A DNA stretch of 62,323 nucleotides from positions 1-62,323 of the forward strand of contig JARQWU010000032.1 in the NCBI GenBank assembly GCA_040182905.1. The letters run 5' to 3'. Position 1 is the first letter of the stretch. Each line of letters opens with the position of its first letter. This document shows, in pieces, positions 21,753-31,389 of the stretch. Position numbers and translations under genes: made by a program. The DNA comes from Barthelona sp. PAP020 (lineage: Eukaryota). The notes under the pieces were generated by a model. That model was not told the origin of the DNA, ran no database searches, and saw nothing but the letters and a program-made list of their open reading frames with translations.

Positions 21753-24515
21753 ATGAAAAATTATTCAGACGAAACTGTAACAAATGCTGTTGGTCGTGTA
21801 TTACCAAAATATATTGATGGTTATGGTGAGGTAAGACCTTTTAAAGGGGCCTTTGCTGTTGAACCTCGCACTGATGTTGTTAGACCCAGTTGCCAAGTTA
21901 GATTTGACAAGCCTGGTGATTGCAAGATTGTTGAAAATTTGGAACAAGCAATGGATCTCTGTGGTTTGGATAATGGAATGACTATAAGTTATCACCATCA
22001 TTTGCGTAATGGAGATGCTGTTTCCAATTTAATTTTTGATATTATTGCCAAGAAAGACGTCAAGGATATTGAATTGGCCCCTTCATCCGTTCATCCCATT
22101 CAAAAGCCTATGATTCCCTTAATTAAAAATGGCAATGTAACAAAGATTCACACTGGAACAAATGGACCTGTTGGTAAATACTGTTCTGAGGGTAACTTAA
22201 AGGATGTTGTCATTGTGAGATCTCACGGAGGCCGTGTTAGAGCCATTCAAGACGGTGATATTAATATTGATATTGCTGTTATTGCTGCTTCTGCTTGTGA
22301 TCCCTGTGGTAATTGTACTGGTATCATTGGAAAGTCGGCTTGTGGTCCTCTTGCTTATGCTGAAGCTGATTCACGTTGGGCTAAAAAGGTTATTGTTGTT
22401 ACTGACAATTTGGTTCCATTCCCATGTACACCTCTTTCAATTAGCGGAACCAATGTTGATTACATTGTTGTTGTTGATTCCATTGGTGATCCTAAAAAAA
22501 TTGCCTCATCTACTGTTGTTCTTGCCAAGTCTGAACCTGGTCTAAGTCTTGCAAAGACTGCTGCTAAAGTTATTGCACATTCTGGTGTTATGGTTGATGG
22601 TTTTTCATTCCAAGCTGGTGCTGGTGGTGCTTCTTTGACTTCAGTCTTTTACCTCGGAGAAGAAATGAGAAAAGCTGGTGTTACAGCTGGATGGGCAAAT
22701 GGTGGTACTACAAAGGTTATTGTTGATTTGTTTAAAGAAGGATTGGTCGATAAGTTGACTACTTGTCAAGCTTTTGATATTCCTTCGATCGCTTCCATGT
22801 ATGATGATATTCAACATCATGTTGAAAGTAGCATTGATCAATATGCTAATCCTTATAATGGACATTGTGTTGTTCATAACCTTGATTGTGTTGTACTTGG
22901 AGGTACTGAAGTTGATGTTGACTTTAATGTTAATGTCAATACTCACTCAGATGGATATCTTCTTCATAATACCGGTGGACATCAAGATACTGCTGCTGGC
23001 GCCAAATTAACAATCATTACTGCTCCTGTCGCTCGTGGTAATAACCCCATTATTGTTCCTCGTGTTACTTCCGTCACCACCCCTGGTGAATGTGTTGATG
23101 TTGTTGTTACTGATGCTGGTATTGCCATTAATCCCAATAGAAAAGATCTTATTGAAGCTCTTTCTAATTCTCCTCTTGCCGACCAAATTAAGGATATTCA
23201 TGCTCTCCATGAAGAAGGTTGTCGTCGTGCTGGACGTGTTCCTTCAGCTCCTGAAACTTTAGATCACATTATTGGTGTTATTGAATGGCGTGATGGTACT
23301 GTTCTTGATGTTGTTCGTCAAGTCGCCAATCCCATTCCTGATGGAATCAAACTTAAATCCGATTGTCTTGTTGAAGTTGAGGAAGCGGATAAGAACAGTG
23401 TTGATGTTATTTTATATGATACTGCTCCTGTTGTTCCTGTTGATGAAATGAAAGCACTTGCAATGGAAATGCTTGAATTTTATGGTGCCAAGAATCTTCA
23501 TGTCATGATTAAGGATAATGTTTCAGAACGTTGGACTCTTCAATCTCGTCTTGAATATGCAATCAAAACTGCTGTTGGTTCTGACAAATGTTATTTAGCC
23601 CCTCTCTGTGAAGATGCTGAAAATCGTGTTCATAGACCCAAAGAAGCTCTTCGTCGTTCTATGTTGTATATTCCTGGCAGTTCTGCTTATATGATGGCCA
23701 AGGCTGATGGTGGTGCTGATTGTGTCATTTACGACATGGAAGATGCTGTTGGTTTGCCACAAAAACCTGAATGTCGTGTTCTTGTTCGTAATGCCCTTCG
23801 TGCTGTTCCATTTGGAAAAACTGAAAGACATATTCGTATTAATCAACATCAACTTGGTGTCGATGACATCCTTGATGTCGTTAAAAATGCCCCTCTTGAT
23901 GTTGTTTGGATTCCAAAGGTTGAAGATCCCATTGAATTTAAGAAGCAAGTTGAACTTATTAAATCTGTTGCTTTTGATCAAGATCATCCCCCTTATGTTG
24001 TTCCTCTCATCGAATCTGCCCTTGGTGTTGAACGTACCTTCGAAATTGCTACCGTTGATCAAGAATCTGTGATCGGTTTGTCCATGGGTTTGGAAGATTA
24101 TACCAAGGATATTGGCGCTGTTCGTACCAAGTCTGATCATGAATCTGAATGGGCTCAACAGCGTGTCAACAATTGTGCTGCTGCTTTCCAACTTCAGTCT
24201 TACGATTCTGTTTTCTCTGATTTCAATGATAATGAAGGTCTTATTGCTTCAGTTAAGCGTTGTAAAGGTCTTGGTTTTGTTGGAAAGAGATTAATTCATC
24301 CTAATCAAGTTAAGCCTTGTAATGCTGCTTTCTTACCTGAAAAGTCTGAATTGGATTATGCTCTCAAAGTTTCTGCTGCCTTCAAGGGTGCATCTGGAAA
24401 TGCTGTTGCCTTAGGAAAGAAGATGATTGATCGTCCAGTTTATCAAAGAGCTCTTCATGTTATCAAGTTGGCTCTTCAAGGAGGAATGATTGAAGGTAGT
24501 ATGGAAGATTATTAA
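21753..24515 (+). CDS. Trifunctional citrate lyase fusion: CitF (alpha, CoA/ACP-transferase) - CitD-like (gamma, acyl carrier) - CitE (beta, citryl-CoA lyase)
   Basis: CitF motifs NAVGR, GMTISYHHHLRNGD, RSHGGR, FQAGAGG, GGHQDTAAGA and WRDGTVLDVV. An ~85-aa CitD-like segment GIKLKSDCLVEV...MIKDNVSERWTLQSRLE. CitE motifs RRSMLYIPG, DMEDAV, IRIN, IPKVE, IES, GLEDY and IHPNQV. One uninterrupted ORF; the first ATG is at 21753. Confidence 0.9.
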   Translation: MKNYSDETVTNAVGRVLPKYIDGYGEVRPFKGAFAVEPRTDVVRPSCQVRFDKPGDCKIVENLEQAMDLCGLDNGMTISYHHHLRNGDAVSNLIFDIIAKKDVKDIELAPSSVHPIQKPMIPLIKNGNVTKIHTGTNGPVGKYCSEGNLKDVVIVRSHGGRVRAIQDGDINIDIAVIAASACDPCGNCTGIIGKSACGPLAYAEADSRWAKKVIVVTDNLVPFPCTPLSISGTNVDYIVVVDSIGDPKKIASSTVVLAKSEPGLSLAKTAAKVIAHSGVMVDGFSFQAGAGGASLTSVFYLGEEMRKAGVTAGWANGGTTKVIVDLFKEGLVDKLTTCQAFDIPSIASMYDDIQHHVESSIDQYANPYNGHCVVHNLDCVVLGGTEVDVDFNVNVNTHSDGYLLHNTGGHQDTAAGAKLTIITAPVARGNNPIIVPRVTSVTTPGECVDVVVTDAGIAINPNRKDLIEALSNSPLADQIKDIHALHEEGCRRAGRVPSAPETLDHIIGVIEWRDGTVLDVVRQVANPIPDGIKLKSDCLVEVEEADKNSVDVILYDTAPVVPVDEMKALAMEMLEFYGAKNLHVMIKDNVSERWTLQSRLEYAIKTAVGSDKCYLAPLCEDAENRVHRPKEALRRSMLYIPGSSAYMMAKADGGADCVIYDMEDAVGLPQKPECRVLVRNALRAVPFGKTERHIRINQHQLGVDDILDVVKNAPLDVVWIPKVEDPIEFKKQVELIKSVAFDQDHPPYVVPLIESALGVERTFEIATVDQESVIGLSMGLEDYTKDIGAVRTKSDHESEWAQQRVNNCAAAFQLQSYDSVFSDFNDNEGLIASVKRCKGLGFVGKRLIHPNQVKPCNAAFLPEKSELDYALKVSAAFKGASGNAVALGKKMIDRPVYQRALHVIKLALQGGMIEGSMEDY

Positions 24516-24837
24516 TTTTGTGTTTTTGTCAATTAGTTTTGATATATATTTCATGTAAATATTTTTTTTTGGTTTTTTTTTTTTCATCATTTTACTTTAA
24601 ATTATTGAATAAACGGTGAACAAATGGTGAAGACAGGTGTTATAAAACACTTTTTAAAAGTAAATCTCCCAAAAGAATGATATTTTAAAGAAATGGAGAT
24701 TTGTGTTTAAATTTGGAAAACAACAGCCATAAATATAAACTTCCTTCACTTTTGAAAAATTTGTTGGTGTATTGTTGAATAAAAGGATTTTGATTGAAAT
24801 AATTGAAAAAAAAATATTGCCGGCATTTTCTTTTATT

Positions 24838-26535
24838 ATGAATTTTCCCTTAAATTATGAAAGAGTTCCATTTAGATTAGGAACTCGACGTATTGAAAGT
24901 TTTCATAAGCCATTGTTTTTGCCAATTTCAATGAAAAATGGTGAAATATTTGAAAACTCATATTCTTGGTTGAATGAAAGTGAAAATTATGACAAATCTG
25001 TTGATGATACTGAATCTATTGACAACCAAATATATAACAGTTATGAGCGAACATCTGTTGCTAATGAGCAAAAGAATGAATCAATTCTTAATTCAATTTC
25101 TTCACCAAATACTCGTACTTTTTCCAGCGCTTTTCCTCAAATAAATAAGGAAAAGCATGAACCAGAACTAATAAATTATTTTTTAAAACAACCTGTGTTT
25201 GCTTCTCCTGTATCTCCCATTATTAGTGTTAAGGATAACAGTCATATTGAAGAATTTACAAATATTCCTGATCAAAAACAATACGAATCTTTTACACCTG
25301 AAATTACTGTTGACAAAAGTCGAAACAAAAGTTCAAGAAATTCAATTTTGCACACAAATAAATCAAACCCAAATAACTCAGTTGTAAAGGATAAGAAAGA
25401 ATTAAAAGAAACAAAAGAAGATGAGTTGTTTTCAAATGAGCAGATGATATCATTTGGTGGTGGTTTAAGTGATGATTTAGACATAGATTATAAAGCTCTT
25501 GAAGATAATGAAAGAATAGTTCCAGAAGAAAAGGAACAAGAAAACGAGACCTTAAACAATTCTGAAATAGAGGAATTTTTGACCAATTTAAAGGCAAAAA
25601 ATATTGATAATAATAAAATAATCAAAGAAGAGACTAGTTTGAAAAAGAAAAAAACGAAACTCCCAACTAAAAAGGAAAAATTTCCATCAAAAAAAGGAAA
25701 ATCTCCAGCAAAAAAGAAAACACCCAAAAATAGAGCCACAAATCAGTCAACTGCATCAACAACTGAGAACACACCAGAATCTGACAGTTTTTCGGATTCT
25801 GAACAACTGGTAAATAACGGTGATGATTCAGAAGTGGTATTTGCAAAACCAAAGAATGGATCTGCCCGTAACAGACCTTTTCCAGATCGAAGAAACAAAG
25901 GTGAAAGAATAATCGCCATTGGATACGATCTCTACTATTGTGATAGGGATGGAAATCTATTTCTTCAAAAAAAAGCAGGTGAAATGACACCAGACAAAGA
26001 AACTATTGAGGAACGTCGAAAGACACCTGTTTCACCTTCAATTATTTATAAACATCTGCTGGAAAGTCAAAGCAGTAAGCAAGCCTCAAAACCATTAAAA
26101 ATTGCAAAAGTGTTCAATTTTGAGAACAAAAAATGGGAAGAAAAGCAACTTGTTGTTCCCAATAGAGACTTATTATATAAACCTTTGACAAGTGCAGAAG
26201 ATGGACTTCTTGTGAGTCGAAAGACTTCAAGTAAATTGTCCAACATCCAGATTGAAACAGGAATACTTCTTATTGAACCGGGAAATCACACTTCCTTTTC
26301 AAACAGTCAGAATAACCATTTAAACTTTTATATTTTGCGTGGTGAAGCATTAATACAATTGGGAGCAGAGATGAAAAAGAATGCGGAAGTTGTTGAAGAT
26401 GTTACCCAACTGCAAATACTTCCAGCATACGTTAATTGTACAATTGAAATACCGCCTCACAACTACTATTCAATTGTTAATGTGAGCAAAACAAACAAAC
26501 TTAAGATACTCTACCATATTGTTCTTGATAAATGA
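24838..26535 (+). CDS. Centromere protein C (CENP-C/Mif2)-like
   Basis: Disordered Lys-rich middle, a CENP-C-motif-like SARNRPFPDRRNKGERII, and a C-terminal Mif2-type cupin (ETGILLIEPG...NSQNNHLNFYILRG...IEIPPHNYYSIVN...LKILY). The first ATG is at 24838. Confidence 0.7.
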   Translation: MNFPLNYERVPFRLGTRRIESFHKPLFLPISMKNGEIFENSYSWLNESENYDKSVDDTESIDNQIYNSYERTSVANEQKNESILNSISSPNTRTFSSAFPQINKEKHEPELINYFLKQPVFASPVSPIISVKDNSHIEEFTNIPDQKQYESFTPEITVDKSRNKSSRNSILHTNKSNPNNSVVKDKKELKETKEDELFSNEQMISFGGGLSDDLDIDYKALEDNERIVPEEKEQENETLNNSEIEEFLTNLKAKNIDNNKIIKEETSLKKKKTKLPTKKEKFPSKKGKSPAKKKTPKNRATNQSTASTTENTPESDSFSDSEQLVNNGDDSEVVFAKPKNGSARNRPFPDRRNKGERIIAIGYDLYYCDRDGNLFLQKKAGEMTPDKETIEERRKTPVSPSIIYKHLLESQSSKQASKPLKIAKVFNFENKKWEEKQLVVPNRDLLYKPLTSAEDGLLVSRKTSSKLSNIQIETGILLIEPGNHTSFSNSQNNHLNFYILRGEALIQLGAEMKKNAEVVEDVTQLQILPAYVNCTIEIPPHNYYSIVNVSKTNKLKILYHIVLDK

Positions 26536-26773
26536 AATATTGTGCTATTGGTAAAAATACAAGTTTAAATAAAAATATTAGTCCTGTTTGTTTCAAAGAA
26601 ATTTTGACATTGAAAAGCAAAAAATAGAGCAAAGAGAATATTTTCATTCTTTGATCCTTTTCATTCAAAAAACAAAAAAAATGAGACATCTAATCTTTTG
26701 AAAGTGTTTAATAAATTTACCAAATGCTAAAAATGAAAGAAAACAGAAGAAGCATTCTCTTTTTGTATTGTAC

Positions 26774-28411
26774 ATGTCCCAACAGTCTCCTTTTCATAGT
26801 GGTGATCGTTTTGAAGAATATAATACCAATGTATCATCAACGCCATTTGGAAAAAATTCAACAAATCAAAGTTATGAAAACACGAACAAAATTTATTCCC
26901 CTTTTGGGGGAGATGATATGTTTCAATCCACGTCATTATTTGGAAGTAGTACATTGAACAATGAATTTGAAAATTTTAATGATGATATCTTCAATAATTT
27001 TGGCACTTCTTTTGAGAATATTGAAAATGTTGAAACTTTATCTCAAGATGAAAAGACTGAGGAAATTAAAGAAACAGATAATATTGAGAAGACAGAAAAA
27101 GAAATTATTGTTGAAAAGAAACCAAAAGATCCAGTCTTAGAGTTTAAACCATATTTTTTAAATAAAATGGAAAGTAAATTACTTCCCAAAGAATTTTCCT
27201 TCAATGATTTTAATCATTTGATGATTGATGGTAATGCCTTTAGAATTGCAACAGGATCAAGAATTGGTGAAGTAAGTGATGAATATTATGGGAATTTTTA
27301 CAAACACACTGCTAAACGTCAATTTATTTTAAAGGACAAAACTTTTAACAATAGTTTTTATGCTTTGAGAACAAAACCTCATGAATCTTGTCCTGCTCCC
27401 AAAGAAAGACCAAGAATTAATCAATTCTTACCATTTAATTATGAGTATTCAAAAAGATACAGTGTTGATCAACCTTTATTTTCTTTTATTGATTATCCAT
27501 TACATAGAATTTCTCGTCCTTTAATTGATCTTCCAAAGGAAAATAAAAAGCCCAGTGGATTATTTTTCCCACAATCCAGAAATCCTTTGATTATTAGTGA
27601 GAATATTCATTCCCTTTCCATGTACTTAGAAGATATGAAGTTTTATAAGGATAAGCATGAAGAGATCAGTTTAGAAATTAGTATTAGTGAAACTTGTGAT
27701 AGATTTGTTGAAATGCTTGATATTTCTGCTGAAAGTTTGGCAATTATTGAACAATGTTTTGAAACTCCTACTGACATTGAAAACATTGATTTAGAGCCTA
27801 TTACCTTTTTAGAATTATTATTTGAAGTTTTAACTATTACTTCTGGGATTAAATCTCTTTTGAGATTTGCTCTACATTCTACAAAGGAGATTAGTGTTCT
27901 TATAATGTTTATTACAACTATTTTGTTGAGTAAAATAACTGATTTATCAAACGATGATTTTAATTTAATATTGAGGAGTTATACTACTAACCTGTTAAAT
28001 CTTTCCAAGGATATTCTTGTTGTTCTTGCCAAAATGTTTGTTCATTCTGATATCTTAGAATTAAATAACCCCAATGACTATGGTGCAATCGTTTTGGGCA
28101 AATTGGGCGCAATTTTAAATAATACTTCAGATATGAACTGTATCAGTATTTCAAAAAAATTGAAAACATTGGTTAATGAAAAATATCCCAACATTTCCAA
28201 AAAATTCAATTATAATTATTCAGGAAAAATTAAAAACCTCAATCTTCCTCAAATTCAAAAGAATAAGAATACTGCAAGGTTAAAAATATTGATGCAACAA
28301 AAAAAATATTTTCAAAAACAAAATTATGACAGACAAAACAGATCTTACAATGGTGAAGAATCAAATGATGTAATTATGTTTCAATTTCAGACTCAATCTC
28401 AAAATACTTGA
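26774..28411 (+). CDS. Pat1/PATL-like mRNA decapping scaffold (tentative)
   Basis: N-terminal FNDDIF (cf. Pat1 NDETFG), FNHLM...DEYYGNFY, RISRPLIDL, SISETCDRFVEMLDI and a helical C-terminal domain, in the order expected for Pat1. Similarity is weak. Confidence 0.45.
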   Translation: MSQQSPFHSGDRFEEYNTNVSSTPFGKNSTNQSYENTNKIYSPFGGDDMFQSTSLFGSSTLNNEFENFNDDIFNNFGTSFENIENVETLSQDEKTEEIKETDNIEKTEKEIIVEKKPKDPVLEFKPYFLNKMESKLLPKEFSFNDFNHLMIDGNAFRIATGSRIGEVSDEYYGNFYKHTAKRQFILKDKTFNNSFYALRTKPHESCPAPKERPRINQFLPFNYEYSKRYSVDQPLFSFIDYPLHRISRPLIDLPKENKKPSGLFFPQSRNPLIISENIHSLSMYLEDMKFYKDKHEEISLEISISETCDRFVEMLDISAESLAIIEQCFETPTDIENIDLEPITFLELLFEVLTITSGIKSLLRFALHSTKEISVLIMFITTILLSKITDLSNDDFNLILRSYTTNLLNLSKDILVVLAKMFVHSDILELNNPNDYGAIVLGKLGAILNNTSDMNCISISKKLKTLVNEKYPNISKKFNYNYSGKIKNLNLPQIQKNKNTARLKILMQQKKYFQKQNYDRQNRSYNGEESNDVIMFQFQTQSQNT

Positions 28412-28712
28412 CCAAACAGGAAGATTAAAGTATTTATGAAAAAGAAATGATTTTTTCTTATAAATTAAAATTTTACTTGATCTTTGAAAACATTGTAACA
28501 GAAAAAAGTTATTAGAAGAAACTATACCAACGGTATTTCGAATAAATGATTAAAATAAAATTTATCACCCTTTTTTTTTCTATTTCTCCGTGTAATTTAC
28601 ATTTTTTAACTCTTTTTTTTTTAAAAGATTTCCAAGCAAGAAACAAAAAAAAAACAGACCAAGTGATAATAGATAAAATTTTAATTTTTATTTAATCCTG
28701 ATGAATTAAACG

Positions 28713-30344
28713 ATGAAATATGTTTATATATTAATAATTGGCTTGATATTTTTTAATAATGTTATTCATTGCAATGAAATAAAAAATACATTTGGAGCAG
28801 ATAACAATATTGAAGAAGAAGAAAAAGAAGGATCATTCAGTTTGTTCTTATTAAGTGGATGTTATTTGATAAGTTTAATAATAATTGTTTTGATAGAAAA
28901 ACATGAAAAATTAAATTTTATTCCTGAATCATCAGCCATTATAATTGTTGGAATTATTGTTGGTTTAATAGTTAAATTAACGTCTTCAAAAAAGTTGAAT
29001 TTGGAATTTAATCCCCAATTATTTTTTTTATTTTTGTTACCTTTGATAATGTTCTTATCAGGCTGGAATTTAGATGAAGTTCCACTTATAAATAATTGGT
29101 TTCCAGTCGGTTTATTAAGTATCATTGGTACTTTAATAACATTTCTTTTTATTGCATTCAGTCTTTTTTTTTTAAGTATTCATACTGAAATCTTACCTGC
29201 TATTTCTTTTGTTGATTCTTTATTATTTTCCGCTATAATATCTGCCATTGATCCAGTATGTACTATCAATAACCTAAAAAATAGTGATGTTGACATTAAT
29301 TTATACACGATAATTTTTGGTGAATCAGTTTTAAATGATGCAGTTTCCATTGTATTATTTCATGTTGTTTTTGATTTACATTTAAATTCTTCTGAAGACA
29401 TTCATTTTCAGCACATTTTTTTCATATTGCTGGATGTTTTGTTCACTCTTGTAATTTCTTCATTGATTGGTATTTTTGTTGCTTTGATTGGTGCTTTAAT
29501 TTTTAAACATTTAAAAATTTCTCAAGTAATTCCCATTGAAATTATTTTCGTTCAATTATTCGCTTTCTTTTCTTATTGGATTGCAGAAGCTTTGGGATTA
29601 AGCGCAATGATCTCAATTATGGCTTGTGCTGCCTGTATGTCACATTATATTAAACCTCAAATGTCAGAAAAAGCTAAAGAAGTCAATGATGTGTTGATTA
29701 AAGTTGAATCTTTTCTAGCGGAAAGTTTGGTTTTTTTCTTTTTAGGTTTGAGTGTCTTTTTACAACATCATATCGTGTCTATTTCATTAATATTGGTCAC
29801 TTTCTTTTTATGTATTGTGGCTAGATTTTTAAACGTTATTCCATTATGTTTCATCAATAATTTATTGATGAAAATCAAAATTCCTTTTAAATTTCAAGCC
29901 TTAATGGTTTGGTCTTGTTTGAGAGGAGCTATTGCTTTTGCAATGTCTTTTGCTATTCCTGATGATGCTAATCTATTGGTAACAACTTCATTATTTATTG
30001 TTTTAATAACGATTTTTGTATTTGGAACAGGCACAAAACCATTTATTGCTAAACTCAATATTGAAAATGATAGATCCATTAAAACTGATGTAAACAAAAG
30101 TTTATATAATTTCAGACAATTTTCAAAAGTAAGAAGATTTGATCTCAACTATTTGCTTCCTTTTTTTACTGGAAAAAAATTTGATCAAATTTCGGAGCTT
30201 GAAGAATATATTGAGTTGGAAAAAATTGCTGAAAGTGATTTGCAACCTGCCAATGAAACTCCAATTACAGATTTGGAAACAGATGGAGAAATAGATAACA
30301 ACAATAATAATCATAGCATTAACAATGAGGTAAATGATGTGTAG
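28713..30344 (+). CDS. Na+/H+ exchanger, CPA1/NHE-NHX family
   Basis: Signal peptide; FIPES, FFLFLLPLIMF.SG, SAIDPV, IFGESVLNDAVSIVLF and LRGAIAFA motifs. Confidence 0.92.
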   Translation: MKYVYILIIGLIFFNNVIHCNEIKNTFGADNNIEEEEKEGSFSLFLLSGCYLISLIIIVLIEKHEKLNFIPESSAIIIVGIIVGLIVKLTSSKKLNLEFNPQLFFLFLLPLIMFLSGWNLDEVPLINNWFPVGLLSIIGTLITFLFIAFSLFFLSIHTEILPAISFVDSLLFSAIISAIDPVCTINNLKNSDVDINLYTIIFGESVLNDAVSIVLFHVVFDLHLNSSEDIHFQHIFFILLDVLFTLVISSLIGIFVALIGALIFKHLKISQVIPIEIIFVQLFAFFSYWIAEALGLSAMISIMACAACMSHYIKPQMSEKAKEVNDVLIKVESFLAESLVFFFLGLSVFLQHHIVSISLILVTFFLCIVARFLNVIPLCFINNLLMKIKIPFKFQALMVWSCLRGAIAFAMSFAIPDDANLLVTTSLFIVLITIFVFGTGTKPFIAKLNIENDRSIKTDVNKSLYNFRQFSKVRRFDLNYLLPFFTGKKFDQISELEEYIELEKIAESDLQPANETPITDLETDGEIDNNNNNHSINNEVNDV

Positions 30345-30420
30345 ATATAACGTAAATAAAAGACTATTGATTTTTTTATGTATAACAGGAAAGAAGTTTC
30401 TTTTTTGTTGATTTATTTAT

Positions 30421-31389
30421 TCAAACCCAATTGTAGGATTCATTTTTGGAAAAACAAACATTTTCAAACAATTCTATGGGTTGTTTCTTTTTAAACACTT
30501 CTGTATCTTCAGCATAATGGACAAATATGCTACCAGCGAATGGAATAGAGTTGATAGGTATTGATTCATAATAGCTTTGCTTTCTAGGAACTATTAATAG
30601 AAACTCTTTGGTGAAGATAACATTATATGATGGTATTTTCTCAACATTCTCTAAAGAATAAATATCAATCAAAGGATTATTGATATCTTCGTAAATAACA
30701 TCTAAAAATGGCTTGTAATAATCTCTAAATGGTAAATCTAACTGTTTCATAGCTTCTAAATACAATTCAAAAATTTCTTCAAAATTTAATGATGATATTG
30801 AAACACATTTGTGTTTAAAATTAAAAATAGAAATTTCAAAAACCCTTTCTTCTTGAAATGATGTGCGAGCAATTAAATCTAAAGGCAATTCTGGTAACAT
30901 GTCTCCAAAAGGTAATGGTAAAACTTGCATGTGTCTGTGTGGTTGTGAAGCTCCAGAATTTCTTCCAATATTTATAAAAGTGAAACAATTATTTCTTTTT
31001 GTGACCTCAAACATTAAATATAATTCTTTATAATCTAAGGGTAAGAATTGGGGTATAAATTTATGAGTCACCATTAAACCATGTCCTTCAACCGCTGGAT
31101 ATTTATTCAATGTCAAATAATAATCCTCGTTTAATGTTTCAAGATACAATTCAGTATGACTATCAGTGAATGGATCTTGAATTTTTTGATGCATCCATTT
31201 TAATTCATTCTCTTTTGAGTATAAACCAGGAACAGCAACTCTTAAACTCAAATAGACTTCACTTTCTTCACACCATTTTAAAACAGACACATCACTTCGA
31301 AGTGGAATAAGTTGTGCTTTTTCTAAAGCTTGAATTGACTTTTGCTTTAAAGCCATAATAATATTATTCAGATTCATTAGTATTGTCAT
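30421..31389 (-). CDS. Ap4A phosphorylase / ATP adenylyltransferase (Apa1/Apa2 family)
   Basis: DPF, LNKYPAVEGHGLMVT..F.PQ..PL, SGASQPHRHMQ (HxHxQ) and SYNVIFT....IVPR...INS..FAG motifs. Confidence 0.88.
   Translation of the reverse strand: MTILMNLNNIIMALKQKSIQALEKAQLIPLRSDVSVLKWCEESEVYLSLRVAVPGLYSKENELKWMHQKIQDPFTDSHTELYLETLNEDYYLTLNKYPAVEGHGLMVTHKFIPQFLPLDYKELYLMFEVTKRNNCFTFINIGRNSGASQPHRHMQVLPLPFGDMLPELPLDLIARTSFQEERVFEISIFNFKHKCVSISSLNFEEIFELYLEAMKQLDLPFRDYYKPFLDVIYEDINNPLIDIYSLENVEKIPSYNVIFTKEFLLIVPRKQSYYESIPINSIPFAGSIFVHYAEDTEVFKKKQPIELFENVCFSKNESYNWV

Noticed and set aside
23595..24191. 198-aa antisense ORF and other short overlapping ORFs throughout the window
   Set aside because: These are shadows of biased codon usage on the coding strand and show no recognisable motifs.
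21747..24515. Bacterial contamination explaining the citrate lyase
   Set aside because: It is a single fused ORF with no operon partners or Shine-Dalgarno, flanked by host-like AT-rich spacers and eukaryote-specific genes. Read-level confirmation is still needed.
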